A DNA stretch of 64,000 nucleotides. It comes from Octopus sinensis. Its lineage: Eukaryota. Below the pieces are notes generated by a model, which was given only the letters and a program-made list of their open reading frames with translations, did not search any database and was not told the origin of the DNA. This document shows, one piece after another, positions 25,440 to 38,000 of the stretch; positions within the stretch are counted from its first letter, which is position 1, and each line of letters starts with the position of its first letter. The DNA lies in contig NC_043002.1 of assembly GCF_006345805.1 (NCBI RefSeq), positions 69,006,001 through 69,070,000 on the forward strand, given 5' to 3'. Both the position numbers and the translations under genes were made by a program.

Positions 25440-25700
25440 ATGGAAAAGTTCAGTGCATTTGTCAATGAAAATATCACAGGAAAGAATCACAAGATGGATT
25501 CTTTGAGCCAAGCCAATTGACAGGAGACCTAGAAGTAGGCCAAGAAGGAGATGGTTGGATAATATCCATAGTCTCAGTTAGTCAAGTATGGGAATCCAAG
25601 CAGAAAGTGCAAGGAAAATTGCTTCAGACAGGACCCAATGGAAGAGGTGCCTGAGGAATCTATCCTAACAACAGTTGGTGGAGAAGATGGATGGATTAAC
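25440..25700 (+). mobile_element. Decayed RTE-type LINE 3' end
   Basis: Reads KPIDRRPRSRPRRRWLDNIH...IASDRTQWKR, the R.RGRP...W.D / A.DR..W C-terminal motif of RTE ORF2. Confidence 0.6.
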
Positions 25701-27397
25701 AGTTGTATTTTTTGACTAGTGACAATAGGTGTAGCATCAGGCTTTTAGATTAATTCTACCATAGACAGAACTTAAGTTATAAAATGATTAAATAGCACAA
25801 GAACTTTATAATGACCATGTATAAAAAGTTAGCAGGCTTTGATAACATAACATGATACAACAGTGTGTAAAGTTTCAATAGATTAAAGAGAGAGAGAAAA
25901 GAAAGAGGAGAGCTTAAATGAAGCACTAATAAATGTAATAATCTCACTGCTGAATGAATGTATAAGCCAAAGTGGTCGAGCAGGTTATAACAAAACTAAT
26001 CATAAACAATACTTCAACAAAAGAAAATTTTGCTAAATAGGAAGATTTAAATCTGTCATCTTGGCTTTGTTATGGTGTCCACCTACACATATATTTAAAC
26101 CAAGTAATTTAGAAATGCATGTTCATCCGCTGGTGATGCACACAAATGATTGGATTTTAAGTGCCTGTAGATGGCTGATGAGGCATGAAAATAATGGTCA
26201 TGTTGGATACATTTGATGTGCTGACTGATGGGGCCATGCAGAACTCAGATTTAGTTTCTCCTGCCTAAATGTTGCAGGCTATGGAGAAAATACCCAGTCC
26301 CTCATGAAGATTTTGCACTTTTCCTGATGAAGGTGTAATATAGGGGTCAGTTCTCAGAATTTTGTGTCAATGCCCATGGCTTTTAAAGTTTTGTCCAGGT
26401 TAGCCTTCAGTACTTTTTCTGATCATTGACTGTTCTATTCCCTATAGCAAGCTTGCCATACAGTAGTTATTTTGGTATGTGTATAACGTTCATGCAGATG
26501 ACCTTGGTTATTTTGCAACACAGCATGCATTTATAGGAATCCATACATGCTATGTTTTGGTCTTATTTCATCTTATTATCAAAGTACATTCTACTCAGTT
26601 GGTAAGAGTAATTATGATCACTTCTAGTCTTGATGAGTAAAATATGCTTTGCTGAAGAGGTCTAATAACACCAAACAGGCTCATTACATTCCCTAATTGG
26701 CTTTGAAGACCTATTCTGCTCCTTAACTGCATCCTCCCACTCATCATTTCAATATCCACTTTTCTATGATTGCATGGATGAGGAAGAATTAATTGAGGCA
26801 GATTTTCTATGGTTGGGTGTCATTCCTGTTGACAACTGTTTTCCAAGTAAGGTAATATTTCCCCATGGCCAGAAATTTCTGCACAGCAGACAGGAAACAA
26901 AGAACATTGCTTGAATAATGGTGACACTTTATTCATGTGTTTTGAACAATATGTAAACAAAGAATCTCACACACACATATGGCAGGCTTCTTCAGTTGCT
27001 GTCTACCAAATCCAATCATAAGGGTTTGGTTGGCCTGGGGCTTTAGTTTATGCTTGCTCAAAGACTGAACCTGAAACCTTGTAGTTGAGAAGTGAACTTC
27101 TTAACTACACAGCTAAGCCTGTCCCTATTTTAACCAAAAATAAAAAACAAATGGAATGGTAGCAGTGGGAATATTTTGACCACACACAGACCAGACCAGT
27201 GTTATGCAAGGGTAAACAAACAGCTACAAGTTTTAAGTCAGCTGTACCTGCACTTAAAAATGTATTTCTCATTGTGGCGTATGTCAAAAATAAACACTCT
27301 GAAAGAATAGTGAAAAAGAAAACTAGATCAGGATAGGAAAAGAAGTGAGAAATCTAAAAGAGGTAAAGTATTGATTCATAAACCAAAACTGACAAAC

Positions 27398-27718
27398 CTG
27401 CATTGCAAAATCTGATGTTAAACAACCGACTGTTACATTAACAGGTTCTATTTCCTCAGGCTCAATTTTCTGTTTTAGCGAACCAATGTTCTCTGGTGTA
27501 ATCCATCCTTCATCATCATCATCATCTTCACCATCATCTATATCATTTTCATAATTGTTTTCTCCATTCTCATCATTATCTGATTCCTCTTCATTGGAAA
27601 CTGGTTCAATGTCTTTTTCAGAAAGCACATCTCCTTGTTCTAATCTTTCATTTTGTATTGAATCTTTTTCAAGTACATCCAAATTTTTCTCTTCATCTTT
27701 ATCTACTGTTTCATGGTT
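27398..27718 (-). CDS. NOB1: NOB1 exon 5 (acidic linker, GWITPEN motif)
   Basis: NHETVDKDEEKNLDVLEK...DDDDDEGWITPENIGSLK...VTVGCLTSDFAMQ; acceptor tttgtag, donor GTTTGT; 321 nt. Confidence 0.95.
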
Positions 27719-28022
27719 CTACAAAAAATAAAATAAAATTATTTATATTTATATAAGTTGGACAAATTGAATACATTGGAGTTTATAAATGATAGGAAAG
27801 CTTGGAGAGTGTTTGTGGATGGATAAGTGAATTTGATGTTACTCAAAGGGGTACGGACCAGCATATGCTGTCAGGCCCTGCTTCCAATATTGGGGGTTGT
27901 GTTCTATGCCTGGACCCAAGCATAGGATGGGGCTCTTTGAGCTGGGAAATGAATGGAATGCCTGGCATGTGTCTTGTGGCTACCCACTCCTAAAAAAAAT
28001 GGAGAGTAGGCCTGGGTATATA

Positions 28023-28065
<43 letters not shown>

Positions 28066-28883
28066 TGTGTGTATATATATATATATTTATAAATAAATAT
28101 ATACACACATGACATCCAATTGGTAGATAATGTCTCAGAGTTCAAAATTCCACACAGGGCTTACTTTACTTTTCATCCTTTTAGGATTGATGGGGAAAAA
28201 AGTGAGGCAATGGCATGAAGTCTATGTTTGGCTATGTGCATTCTGAATTAAAATTCTGCTTTTTGTCCCTCAAAAAAAAAAAAATCTTGGCCCTTAGGAG
28301 CTTGAGAAAATACCCAAGGGTTTCAGCTGATCACTTTCCATGTCATCCTACCAAGTGGCAAAAGAGAACACAACTTCAAGTCCAGTGCAGTTAGAAGTTA
28401 AGAATTACTTCTGAAGGCAAAAAATTATTTTTAGCCTTACTCTAAACCAAATTTGGAATTGCAGCCCTGAAATGGAAGGTGGAGCCAAGACTTTCAATTT
28501 TCAGATAACTGACTTGTGCTAACAAGCTAATGGACATAATCATAATACCATCTGCCTACACACTGCTTATGTGAAGACATGCAAAAATAAACATTCAAGG
28601 ATGTGCACACACACACATTCCAAGAAAATGAGAAATTTCCTTTTCATCAATTTTTATAAACATCTGGTTACAAAATTCAGGATTTGGATACAGATTGCAA
28701 GATTAACCAACCAAACTATTATAAGGTAGACATGACATAACATCCAATGCTGGGAAAGAAAGCTCACATTTACTTCAGAGTACAGTGGTTAGTATTAAAA
28801 TAGAGAATATTTTATTGTAGAATGACTTATTCAGCTAATTCATAGGTAACTATCAAAGGAAAACAACAAAACAACAACTATAC

Positions 28884-28958
28884 CTGTTTAGTATCTAAAT
28901 AAAAACCAGCAATATCAGTTACTTTTCCGAGTGGGTTTCTTGCATTGATCCAGTTGGT
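28884..28958 (-). CDS. NOB1: NOB1 exon 4
   Basis: TNWINARNPLGKVTDIAGFYLDTKQ (conserved I.GF.L motif); acceptor tttcaag, donor GTATAG; 75 nt, phase 0-0. Confidence 0.85.
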
Positions 28959-30004
28959 CTTGAAACAAAAAAGAAAACAAAACTATTGTATAGTCTAAAG
29001 TGTTTAATAGTCTTTTCATGAAATATACTTTCACTCGTATTACTATAGGTGAAACAGATGAAGAGAGAAGGTAAACTGGCCTAGTAGCAAAAATGAAAGT
29101 TATTATTATACTTTAGTAATTTTATGAAGGACCATTCAGATTCAATAAGTTCTGAGGTGGTAAGACAATGACATCTTGGCTCTAAAGGTGCTTTGACCTT
29201 GAAGTGATTAGATTTAGAACTCATTAAAATAATTTCATTCTGCATCCTTGTACAATCTTCTTAGTTCTTCAGGCTACAATCAAGCATAATATCCAGTAAC
29301 CAATATTTGTTGTGCTTGCTGGAATAACATTGAGAACCTTGTCTTCACATAATGGCTCAAAAGAGAATATGAGGAATTTGTAACTAATATTTGACAAGAA
29401 TGCATGCAATAGAAAGGAATTTAATTTTTTGTAAAGAAAGTCTGCATATAGGATTAAACAAAAATATGATATATAGAGCAAGAAATAGGTAGAAATAGGT
29501 AGAACATTGTAGGAAGCAAAACAAAAAAAAAAACCCACTAGAACCTCAGTGAACTATTGATGGAATGTTTTAGGAGTGGGGAGAATTAAAGAATTCACAA
29601 TAAGTTTGTATCTTGAAGACACTGTTTCATATAGCTTGCCATTTGCCAGAAGACAGAAATCTTTTGTTACAAACTGAGAAAATCCCTGAATTTCTCTTCC
29701 CTTTCTTACTCTTATTAATAAAGTTTCATGAATCCCCTCTAGCACCAATTATGAAACTTAAATATTAGAGCTATCTAGTATTTCTTCCCTTGCTGCTCAC
29801 TAGTCATGTACATCAAAACCAACTGGAGGCCAACCTCTGTGTCAGTCTTCTAGAATCACCACAGTACACCTTGTGTACACTTTGTTTGCACAGAGTATTT
29901 ATTGGTGAGTTCCAACTAAGTCTTTTACAACATGAATATAGTGGTGCTTGAACTTTACTGTGTTGATATTCAAGCAAACACTCAAATTTCCAATAATTCT
30001 AGAC

Positions 30005-30175
30005 CAGTGCTTCTTAAACCTTTCATTCATGACCCCATTTTTCATCACGAGATTTTTCGTGACCCCAGGTATTAAATATGCATTTGTGAAATAACATACA
30101 AGCTGAAATTCAAGAGTATGAATTCAATTTTCGCGACCCCATTTGAGGTTGAGGCCCATAGTTTAAGAAGTGCTG
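30005..30175. mobile_element. hAT (Charlie-like) MITE
   Basis: TIR CAGTGCTTCTTAAAC / GTTTAAGAAGTGCTG; 8-bp TSD TTCTAGAC/CTCTAGAC. Confidence 0.8.
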
Positions 30176-30222
30176 CTCTAGACTAACACACGCATTTATA
30201 AATTCGATAAAAAAAAAAATAC

Positions 30223-30356
30223 CTTTCTTGTTGGCTCTGTTTTTATATGAGCATCACCATTTTGCTCCTTTTCTAATTGGTAGGTTAAAGCAATGAGACG
30301 AAGATCTACAGCAGATAAACCCCGGTAATCACCAGTTTTCTTAGAAAATTCAGTGA
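30223..30356 (-). CDS. NOB1: NOB1 exon 3 (PIN domain)
   Basis: (V)TEFSKKTGDYRGLSAVDLRLIALTYQLEKEQNGDAHIKTEPTRK; acceptor ttccag, donor GTATTT; 134 nt. Confidence 0.97.
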
Positions 30357-30986
30357 CTGGAAATATATATATTGTGGAAGAAGTTAGAAAAAAAAAAAAA
30401 AAAAAAAAAAAAAAAGAAAATGCTTGAAGAAAACACAAGTTTTTGGCTAAAGTTTCATAGAATATAGTGATCAAGGAGTTAAAGTACAGGATCATTGGTT
30501 CAATGGATGAGTTCAAACTATTGCAAACCTTTGGTGATAGTAATATGCAACATTGTACGCATGTATGTGTGTGAGAGAGAGGGAGGCAATTTTGTAAATG
30601 TAGATATTTGCATGAAGTATTTCAGAGCATTATGCAGTATTTATTAATGAATACAAGCCTAGAAGCTGATTCATAAATTTTAGGCTTACAATCTTCAATA
30701 AGTATTGTACGGGGCTCAGAATTAAGTACTACACAACAGGTATTTGAACCTCTCATCCCCACAAGCTAGAATATGAACAGAATGACAAAAACCATTGGTG
30801 GAAATATCTGTCCCTCCCTAAGTTTTCAAAATATTTTTTTTATAATGTATAAAGTTTAGTGGCTGCAATAAAATTATCCATGAAAAAATTTTTAAATCTC
30901 AAATGTAAACATCTAAAATTTTATTTAAGAAAATGTGAGACTAAGTTAGGGGAAAATAAAATAAACACAAATGAAAATTAATATAC

Positions 30987-31119
30987 CTCTATGAATAGCT
31001 TCATTGTTTGGTTCTCGAAACAGTACTTCATAAGGCAAAACTTGTAGCCTGTCTCTGGTGTTTTTGTCGATAACTTCAGAAAGAACTTCTTTGATAGTGT
31101 AAATATTTTCTCCAATGCG
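30987..31119 (-). CDS. NOB1: NOB1 exon 2 (PIN domain)
   Basis: RIGENIYTIKEVLSEVIDKNTRDRLQVLPYEVLFREPNNEAIHR; acceptor attcag, donor GTATAT; 133 nt. Confidence 0.97.
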
Positions 31120-31235
31120 CTGAATAATTAAAATAGTATACAAATATTTGAATCCTGAATTCTTTTAAAGGCAAAAGAAATGAAATTGTTTAAAGAGCAA
31201 AAACAGTACAAAATGAATGGTTACATGTTTAGATA

Positions 31236-32417
31236 TGAGGTCTGATCAATAACTATCCAGACTGGTTTTATAAAAACAGAACTACAACATGTATCAATTT
31301 GGCATTTAATCTCCTTCAAAGTAGTCCTCTTCAGAAGTCACACACTTGATCCAGCACTGTTTCCATTGAAATAAGTGTTCCTGGAACTCTGGGATAATCA
31401 GCAGCTGCCTCATTGCATTCACTTTGATATTTGGAAAGAGGAAAAAGTCACAAGGGGAAAGATCTGGGTAATGTGGTGGCTGTTGGACCTGGGGAATGCT
31501 ATGCCTAACCAAAAACTGCTGCGTTGTCATGGTGTAGTTGCTACTCACTGGATGCATGCAATTGTGGCCTTTTCCGATGAATAGCATCCCACAAACGCCA
31601 CAAAGCATCATGGTAGTACTTCTTGTTTATTGGTCTGACCAGGTGGAGCATACTCATGATGAACAATCCTCTTGTAGTCGAAGTAAACAGTCAACAGTTC
31701 ACATTGATTTGTGCTTTCTTCGATCTAGGAGAGGTTGGGGTCTTTCACTGCGAAGACTGAGCCTTTGTTTTGGGGTCATAGCCATAGACCCACGGTTCAT
31801 CACCTGTTATTACTGTTTTGAAAAAGTTTTCATCGTTCTCAACACAATCAAGGAGATCTTCTACAACTGAAACCCAACCAAGTGTCATTTTGGCCAGCTG
31901 AAAGCAGTTTTGGCACAAACTTGGCAGACACATGTCTCATACCCAAATCTTCAATGATAATGGACTGAACAGTAACTAAACTGCACATCCTCTGATAACT
32001 CACAGATGGTGATTCGACGATTTCCCCTCACAGTTACATGCACATCTGTGATGTTTTTCTCACTACTGCTGATTGCAGGTCTCCCAGAACGTTTGTCACT
32101 AATGACATTTTTTCAGCCATTGTACACTTGTGCGTAGCTCATTCACTCCTTTCCATACACTTACTGCAACTCTGCACAGGCCTCAGAGCAGGTATTGCCA
32201 AGCTTTTGGTAAAATTTGATGCAAATTCTCTGTCATGGTCAATGTGATGATCACATGCTACACATGTTCCTTCCAAGCAGAAGTTAGCTAAAACGTTAAA
32301 ACAGTGTGCATGCACAGCAGAGTTCAAGGTCAATCTGTGTCAAGTGGCTTCATTCTGCATGCTTTAGTTTTGTTACTATGGCAACATACAGTCCACATAC
32401 TTATTGATCAGACCATG
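31236..32417 (-). mobile_element. Full-length decayed mariner (Tc1/mariner) element in NOB1 intron 1
   Basis: About 29-bp TIRs (TGAGGTCTGATCAATAACTATCCAGACTG / CAGTCCACATACTTATTGATCAGACCATG) flanked by TA. Broken transposase motifs VITGDEPWVYGYDPKTKAQSSQ and PHYPDLSPCDFFLFP. Confidence 0.9.
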
Positions 32418-32634
32418 TATATTGTCCTAATCCATAAATTTTAAAGACATGGTTTACCATATTTCACTGTTTAACATATGAAGACCTTAAAAATGGTACA
32501 AAGAAAATTGAAACATGATTTTACAATGAAATGACAATCGCTTTTGTAACTAAGCAACTTACCAACAAGAGATCAATTTGAAAAACAACCAAAAGTGATT
32601 TGAACAACCCATTCTGCATTTCAGGCTCTCTCTT

Positions 32635-32818
32635 TTACTCTTTACTCGTTTCAGTCATTTGACTGTGGCCATGCTGGAGCACCACTTTTTAGTTGAGCAA
32701 ATCGACCCCAGGACTTATTCTTTGTAAGCCTAGTACTTATTCTACCGGCCTCTTTTGCCGAACTGCTAAGTTACGGGGACGTAAACACACTAGCATCAGT
32801 TGTCAAGCAATGTTGGGG

Positions 32819-32849
<31 letters not shown>

Positions 32850-33013
32850 TACACACGACGGGCTTCTTTCAGTTTCCGTCTACCAAATCCACTCACAAGG
32901 CTTTGGTCGGCCCAAGGCTATAGTAGAAGACACTTGCCCAAGGTGCCACGCAGTGGGACTGAACCCGGAACCATGTGGTTGGTAAGCAAGCTACTTACAA
33001 CACAGCCACTCCT
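32635..33013 (-). mobile_element. SINE family A copy
   Basis: Well-preserved full copy with internal (CA)n. Confidence 0.85.
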
Positions 33014-33213
33014 TGTCAAATGTTGCTGCTCTTTTGGTTTTTGTTGAATACACTTTAAGTAGGAAACCTTTGAATGATTTGCCATAAAAATAAAGCTATA
33101 TATGGCAATTTTTAATGTTATTAAAGCTACAAATAGCTTTAATATTATAACACAAGTTTTATCAATTCACTTTTATGAAAATGAATCAAAACTGCATTTC
33201 AGTTAAAATATTA

Positions 33214-36200
33214 CAGTGGGATGGGGCAGAATGCGTCAATTTTTCCAAAATTTTGAATATCAAATGAAAAACGTGTAACAATGAACACTAATTTACCATC
33301 ACAAAAACTACATTATGATTCTGATAAGCACATCTGATGGATTGGGAGACAATTTTGAATGCTTCATCATCATCGTTCAACATCCGTTCTCCATGCTAGC
33401 ATGGGTTGGACGGTTCGACCGGGGATCTGGGAAGCCAGAAGGCTGCACCAGGCTCCAGTCTTATCTGGCAATGTTTCTACAGCTGGATGCCCTTCCTAAC
33501 GCCAACCACTCCGTGAGTGTAGTGGGTGCTTTTTACGTGCCACCTGCACAGGTGCCAGGCGAGGCTGGCAACGGCCACGGTCGGATTGGTGTATTTTACG
33601 TGCCACCGGCATGGAAGCCAGTCAAGGTGGCGCTGGCATCGGCCACAAGTCGGATAGTGCTTTTTACGTACCACCAGACCAGGGATCCTGGCTGGTTCAA
33701 TTCGATTTCGCTTGCCCCAACATGTCTTCACAAGCAAAGGGGGTTGGCATGAGTGCCTGTCGTCGGATGAGGTTCTATATCAACTTCGCTTGCCTTAACA
33801 GGTCTTTGTGTCCAAGGAAGGAAAGGCATGCATAAGTGGGCTGGGCTCACTTGTCCTGCCTGGTCTTCTCACGTACAGCATATTTCCAAAGGTCTCGGTC
33901 ACTGGTCATTTCCTCAGTGAGGCCTAAAGTTCGAAGCTTGTGCTTCACCACCTCGTCCCAGGTTTTCCTGGGTCTACCTCTTCTACGGGTTCCCTCAACT
34001 GCTAGGGATTGGCACTTTCTCACACACCTATCTTCATCCATTCTCGCCACATGACCATACCAGCGCAATCGTCTCTCTTGCACACCACAACTGATGCTTC
34101 TTAGGTACAACATTTCTCTCAAGGTACTAACGCTCTGTCGAGTAAGTACACTGACATTACACATCCATCGGAGCATACTGGCTTCATTCCTCACGAGCTT
34201 ACGCATGTCCTCAGCAGTCACGGCCCATGTTTCACTGCCATGTAGCATGGCTGTTTGTACACATGCATCATACAGTCTGCCTTTTACTCTGAGTGAGAGG
34301 CCTTTAGTCACCAGCAGAGGTAAGAGCTCCCTAAACTTTGCCCAGGCTATTCTTATTCTAGCAGTTACACTTTCAGTGCACCCACCCCCACTACTGACTT
34401 GGTCACCTAGATAACGGAAGCTATCAACTACTTCTAGTTTTTCCCCCTGGAAAGTGACGGAAGTTGTTTTCTGCAGATTTTCGGAAGTCAATGCTCCCGA
34501 GCATCTGCCACATACAAAAACTATCTTCCCAGTTAGCCTACCTTTGACATTGCTGCACCTCTTATGTGTCCATAGCTTACACTGGGTACATCTTATAGAG
34601 TTTCTACCTACACCTTTTCTACAGATCGAGCAGGGCCATCTTCCTGAAGACATTTGTGGATTGTCTACCTTCCTACTTATTAGTACTTTGGTTTTAGCTA
34701 GGTTGACTCTAAGGCCCCTCGATTCTAAACCCTCCTTCCACACCTGGAACTTCTCCTCCAGTTCTGATAGTGACTCAGCAATTAGAGCAAGGTCGTCAGC
34801 ATAGAGGAGCTCCCAGGGACAACCTGTCTTGAATTCCTCCGTAATTGCTTGGAGACTATGATAAATAGGAGGGGGATGAGTACTGAACCCTGGTGGACCC
34901 CAACCTCTACTTTGAATTCTTCTGTGTACATGTTGCCAACTCTAACCTTACTTACGGCATCTCTGTACATGGCTTGCACAGCCCTCACCAGCCATTCATC
35001 TATCCCTAGTTTCCTCATTGACCACCAGATAAGGGATCGGGGGACCCTATCAAAGGCTTTCTCCATGTCAACAAAAGCCAGGTACAGGGGCTTATCTTTG
35101 GCTAGGTATTTCTCCTGCAGCTGTCTTACCAGGAATATAGCATCAGTGGTACTTTTCCCTGGCACGAACCCAAACTGCATCTCATCTAAACTAACTCTCT
35201 CTCTAATTAGTTGGGCTATGACCCTCTCCGTAACCTTCATTACCTGATCCAACAGCTTGATACCTCTGTAATTATTTGTATCTAGGGCATCACCTTTACC
35301 TTTGTAGCAGTTGACTAGTATGCTGCTACACCAGTCATTGGGTATGACTCCTTCGTGTATCACCTGGTTGACTATACGGGTGACTAGGTTATAGCTGACA
35401 CTGCCAGATGCTTATTTCATATATACATAATCATAAAAATCTGGAGCAGAATGCAGAGCAGTATTTGGATTAAAGTTTAACAAATTGTTGAAAACAATCA
35501 ATAAAGAAACATGAGAGTAATCTGAAGTTAAATAGACTCAATCGTCATCCAAATATAAAAAGACAACAACCATGTTTACAAAACAGTCACTTTGAAAATT
35601 ATATTGCTCATGATAAAGTTATGCATTCAGCACATGGAATCCAGATTAAGCTGTACACTTCTCACAGAAGCACTCTTGGTTAACATCTGTTCCCCTTGGA
35701 ATACACTTAGAGCAACCATAATCATCACAAAGGTCACACAGCAGCCAAACATCAGTCTTCCTGCATTTGTATTTGATTCAGAATCTCTTGCAGATGTATA
35801 GCACTTGGTATCCTCTTCCTCTGAATCAGCTGTACTATCACGGTCACCACCACTACTGTTACACACTGTACTACTTGTTTTCTTCCATTTTTGGAGCAAG
35901 TAACTCTCCTTTTTCTCTCTTACACTTTTGTTGCTTCTTTGGTGCATTTTTACTTCTTTTTTTCCTCATGGAATAACAATGTAATCACCTTACTCTTGAT
36001 TCTGTGTAAAAATCAATAACAACATGAAACAATGCTGCTAAAACATTTTCAGACACTAGAACATATATGTGGAGTGTGGAAGACTTCTTTTGTTCTACTT
36101 ATAGAAACCTATGTGGTGTATCTTAAGTGATCCACTATGTTCACCCCTCAAACTGACAAGTGACCCTTTATGCCCCACTTTTGAAATTCAAAATTTCCAA

Positions 36201-36471
36201 GGATATTTCTTTATTCAATAGAACACAAGCAAAGAAGATACTCTGAACATTGCTCTAGTACAAAAAATCCATATCTGCAGTACTTCTTGCAGCACTGCAA
36301 AGTTTTGTTTGATGAGGAACTTTAAAAGGAGTGACCAGGAAGAATACAACATTTATATGAGCATGAGGGATGAGCGATTCATAATGGCTACTACATCATA
36401 CTTCCTGGTTTGAAGTTGGGAGAAAATGATAAAAATCTGACAAATGACTCATTATGCCCCATTCTCCACAA
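33214..36471 (-). mobile_element. pogo/Tigger-like DNA transposon remnant (internally deleted) with C-terminal PHD-like relic, split by an RTE insertion
   Basis: Imperfect TIRs CAGTGGGATGGGGCAGAATGCGTCA (33214) / TGACTCATTATGCCCCATTCTCCACAA (36471), both flanked by TA; subterminal copy at ~36160. Minus strand 35827..35646 reads DSEEEDTKC/(frameshift)YICKRF*...VWLLCDLCDDYGCSKC...CFCEKCTA*. Confidence 0.6.
33365..35408 (-). mobile_element. RTE-clade LINE, 5'-truncated, near-intact RT (one frameshift near 34852)
   Basis: ORFs 34782-35363 and 33847-34743: NYRGIKLL, QFGFVPGKST, AFVDMEKAFDRV, GVHQGSVL, YADD at 34803..34792, FRYLG, RRLRWYGHV, RRRGRPRKTW. 3'UTR ends in (GAT)n at ~33365; possible TSD ATGCTT. 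Confidence 0.95.
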
Positions 36472-37890
36472 TAGCTTGATGATAAAGTGAAACAACTAAT
36501 TGCAGTAATTTGAAATCAGCTGAAGTCATCATCATCATTGTTTAACGTCTGTTCTCCATGCTAACATGGGTTGGACGGTTCGACCGGGGATCTGGGAAGC
36601 CAGAAGGCTGCACCAGGCTCCAGTCTGATCTGGCAGTGTTTCTACAGATGGATGCCCTTCCTAACGCCAACCACTCCGTGAGTGTAGTGGGTGCTTTTTA
36701 CGTGCCAGGCAAGGCTGGCAATGGCCACGACCAGATTGGTGCTTTTTACGTGCCACTGGCACGGAAGCCAGTCAAGGCGGCGCTGGCATCGGCCTATTTT
36801 CATTATATCTTTCTTTTGAGAGATTTGCATTGTTAATATGCAGTTTGAAGGGTTGGAAAGTTGTGATTATGTAAGATATCTTTATAGATCACTAACATTT
36901 GAAACAAAAGCCTGCACAATATTTAGTGTGTTACTGAGAAAGAGAAACATTGGAAAGTTAGCTTAACTGCAAAACATAAGAGCAATTTTGTAAATTTTTT
37001 ATTTCAACTTTCAGTTTGTGTTTAATACGCTTTTATATGGCATAAAAGCAGAATATTTAGACCGGAGATAGCTGGTTTAAATAAATACTAAAGGGTTACA
37101 TGGTGCACAATACATCAAAATCAAGCTTGTATAGTTAACATAGGTTTAAATAACTGCTATAATAATTAGCTCCACCACAGTTGAATTTTACAAGAGATTT
37201 TTGTTTTGATAATGATCAAGGGCTGTCAAAAGAAAAAGGACGGACCCATAACCCTTATCAAAGTTTCTGTAACTGATGGGAAGAAGTTATCCAGGAAACT
37301 TGACCCAGAATATTATTCATACATTGTGGTTTAGTTATATGTCAAACCTGATCATACAGGTATTCTAGCCATGACCATCTCATCTTTCTTTATACACAGA
37401 TGCAGGTGTGTCACCTCGGGCAAGTATTTTCTTCTATAATACCAAGCTAATCAAAACCTTGTGAGTAGATTTGATAAACAGAAACTGAAAGAAGCCCATT
37501 GTGCATGTAAGAGTGTGTGTGTGTGTTTGAATCTCCTTGCCTTGACATCAGGTGATAGTTGTAAATGGCAGTCATTCAATTCCAATGCTTTGCAAGAACA
37601 CGCTTAGTCATGTGAAAATATCACCTTGCTTGAAAACAAGTGTGGGTTGGCGACAGGAAGAGCTTGCAGTTGTAGAAAATCTGTCTCAATAAATCCCATC
37701 TATCCATGCAAACAACGAAAAGTGGACATTAAAACGATGGTGATGATAGTGAATTTCAAACTAATCAAAGTGTCCCCTTTTTAAAGATAGGAGGCGTTAT
37801 TTCAAGCAGGCCAAGTAAGTATATAGTGATCCTACCATGGGAATATACTATATTTTAGTGTACGCCATCTGTCCACTGCTTAGTTTAACT

Positions 37891-38000
37891 GGTACTACTT
37901 AAATACAGAGGTCCCGACGCCTTTACACAACCCTAACCAGTATGTACTGTAAAAACATCGTTATGTAGATGCATCGGGATCTCTGTATTTAAGTAGTGCC
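37891..38000. mobile_element. 110-bp MITE with Merlin-type hallmarks
   Basis: About 30-bp TIR GGTACTACTTAAATACAGAGGTCCCGACGC / GCATCGGGATCTCTGTATTTAAGTAGTGCC; perfect 8-bp TSD GTTTAACT (37883-90, 38001-08); GG...CC termini. Confidence 0.8.

Noticed and set aside
26170-26205. CTGATGA-GGCAT-GAAA hammerhead-like core
   Set aside because: No credible stem II, stem I or cleavage triplet; sits in decayed LINE-like sequence.
29269-29748. Two minus-strand ORFs as extra NOB1 exons or a hAT transposase relic
   Set aside because: NOB1 is complete without them, and only faint motif resemblance to hAT is visible.
33530-33690. Regularly spaced repeats resembling a CRISPR array
   Set aside because: Eukaryotic context, only 2-3 degenerate units with related spacers inside the RTE 3'UTR, and no cas genes.
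35627-35947. 106-aa ORF with a hydrophobic segment as a nested membrane-protein gene
   Set aside because: Better explained as a frameshifted transposase PHD-like relic within TIRs; the hydrophobic part is the off-frame reading of the Cys-rich region.
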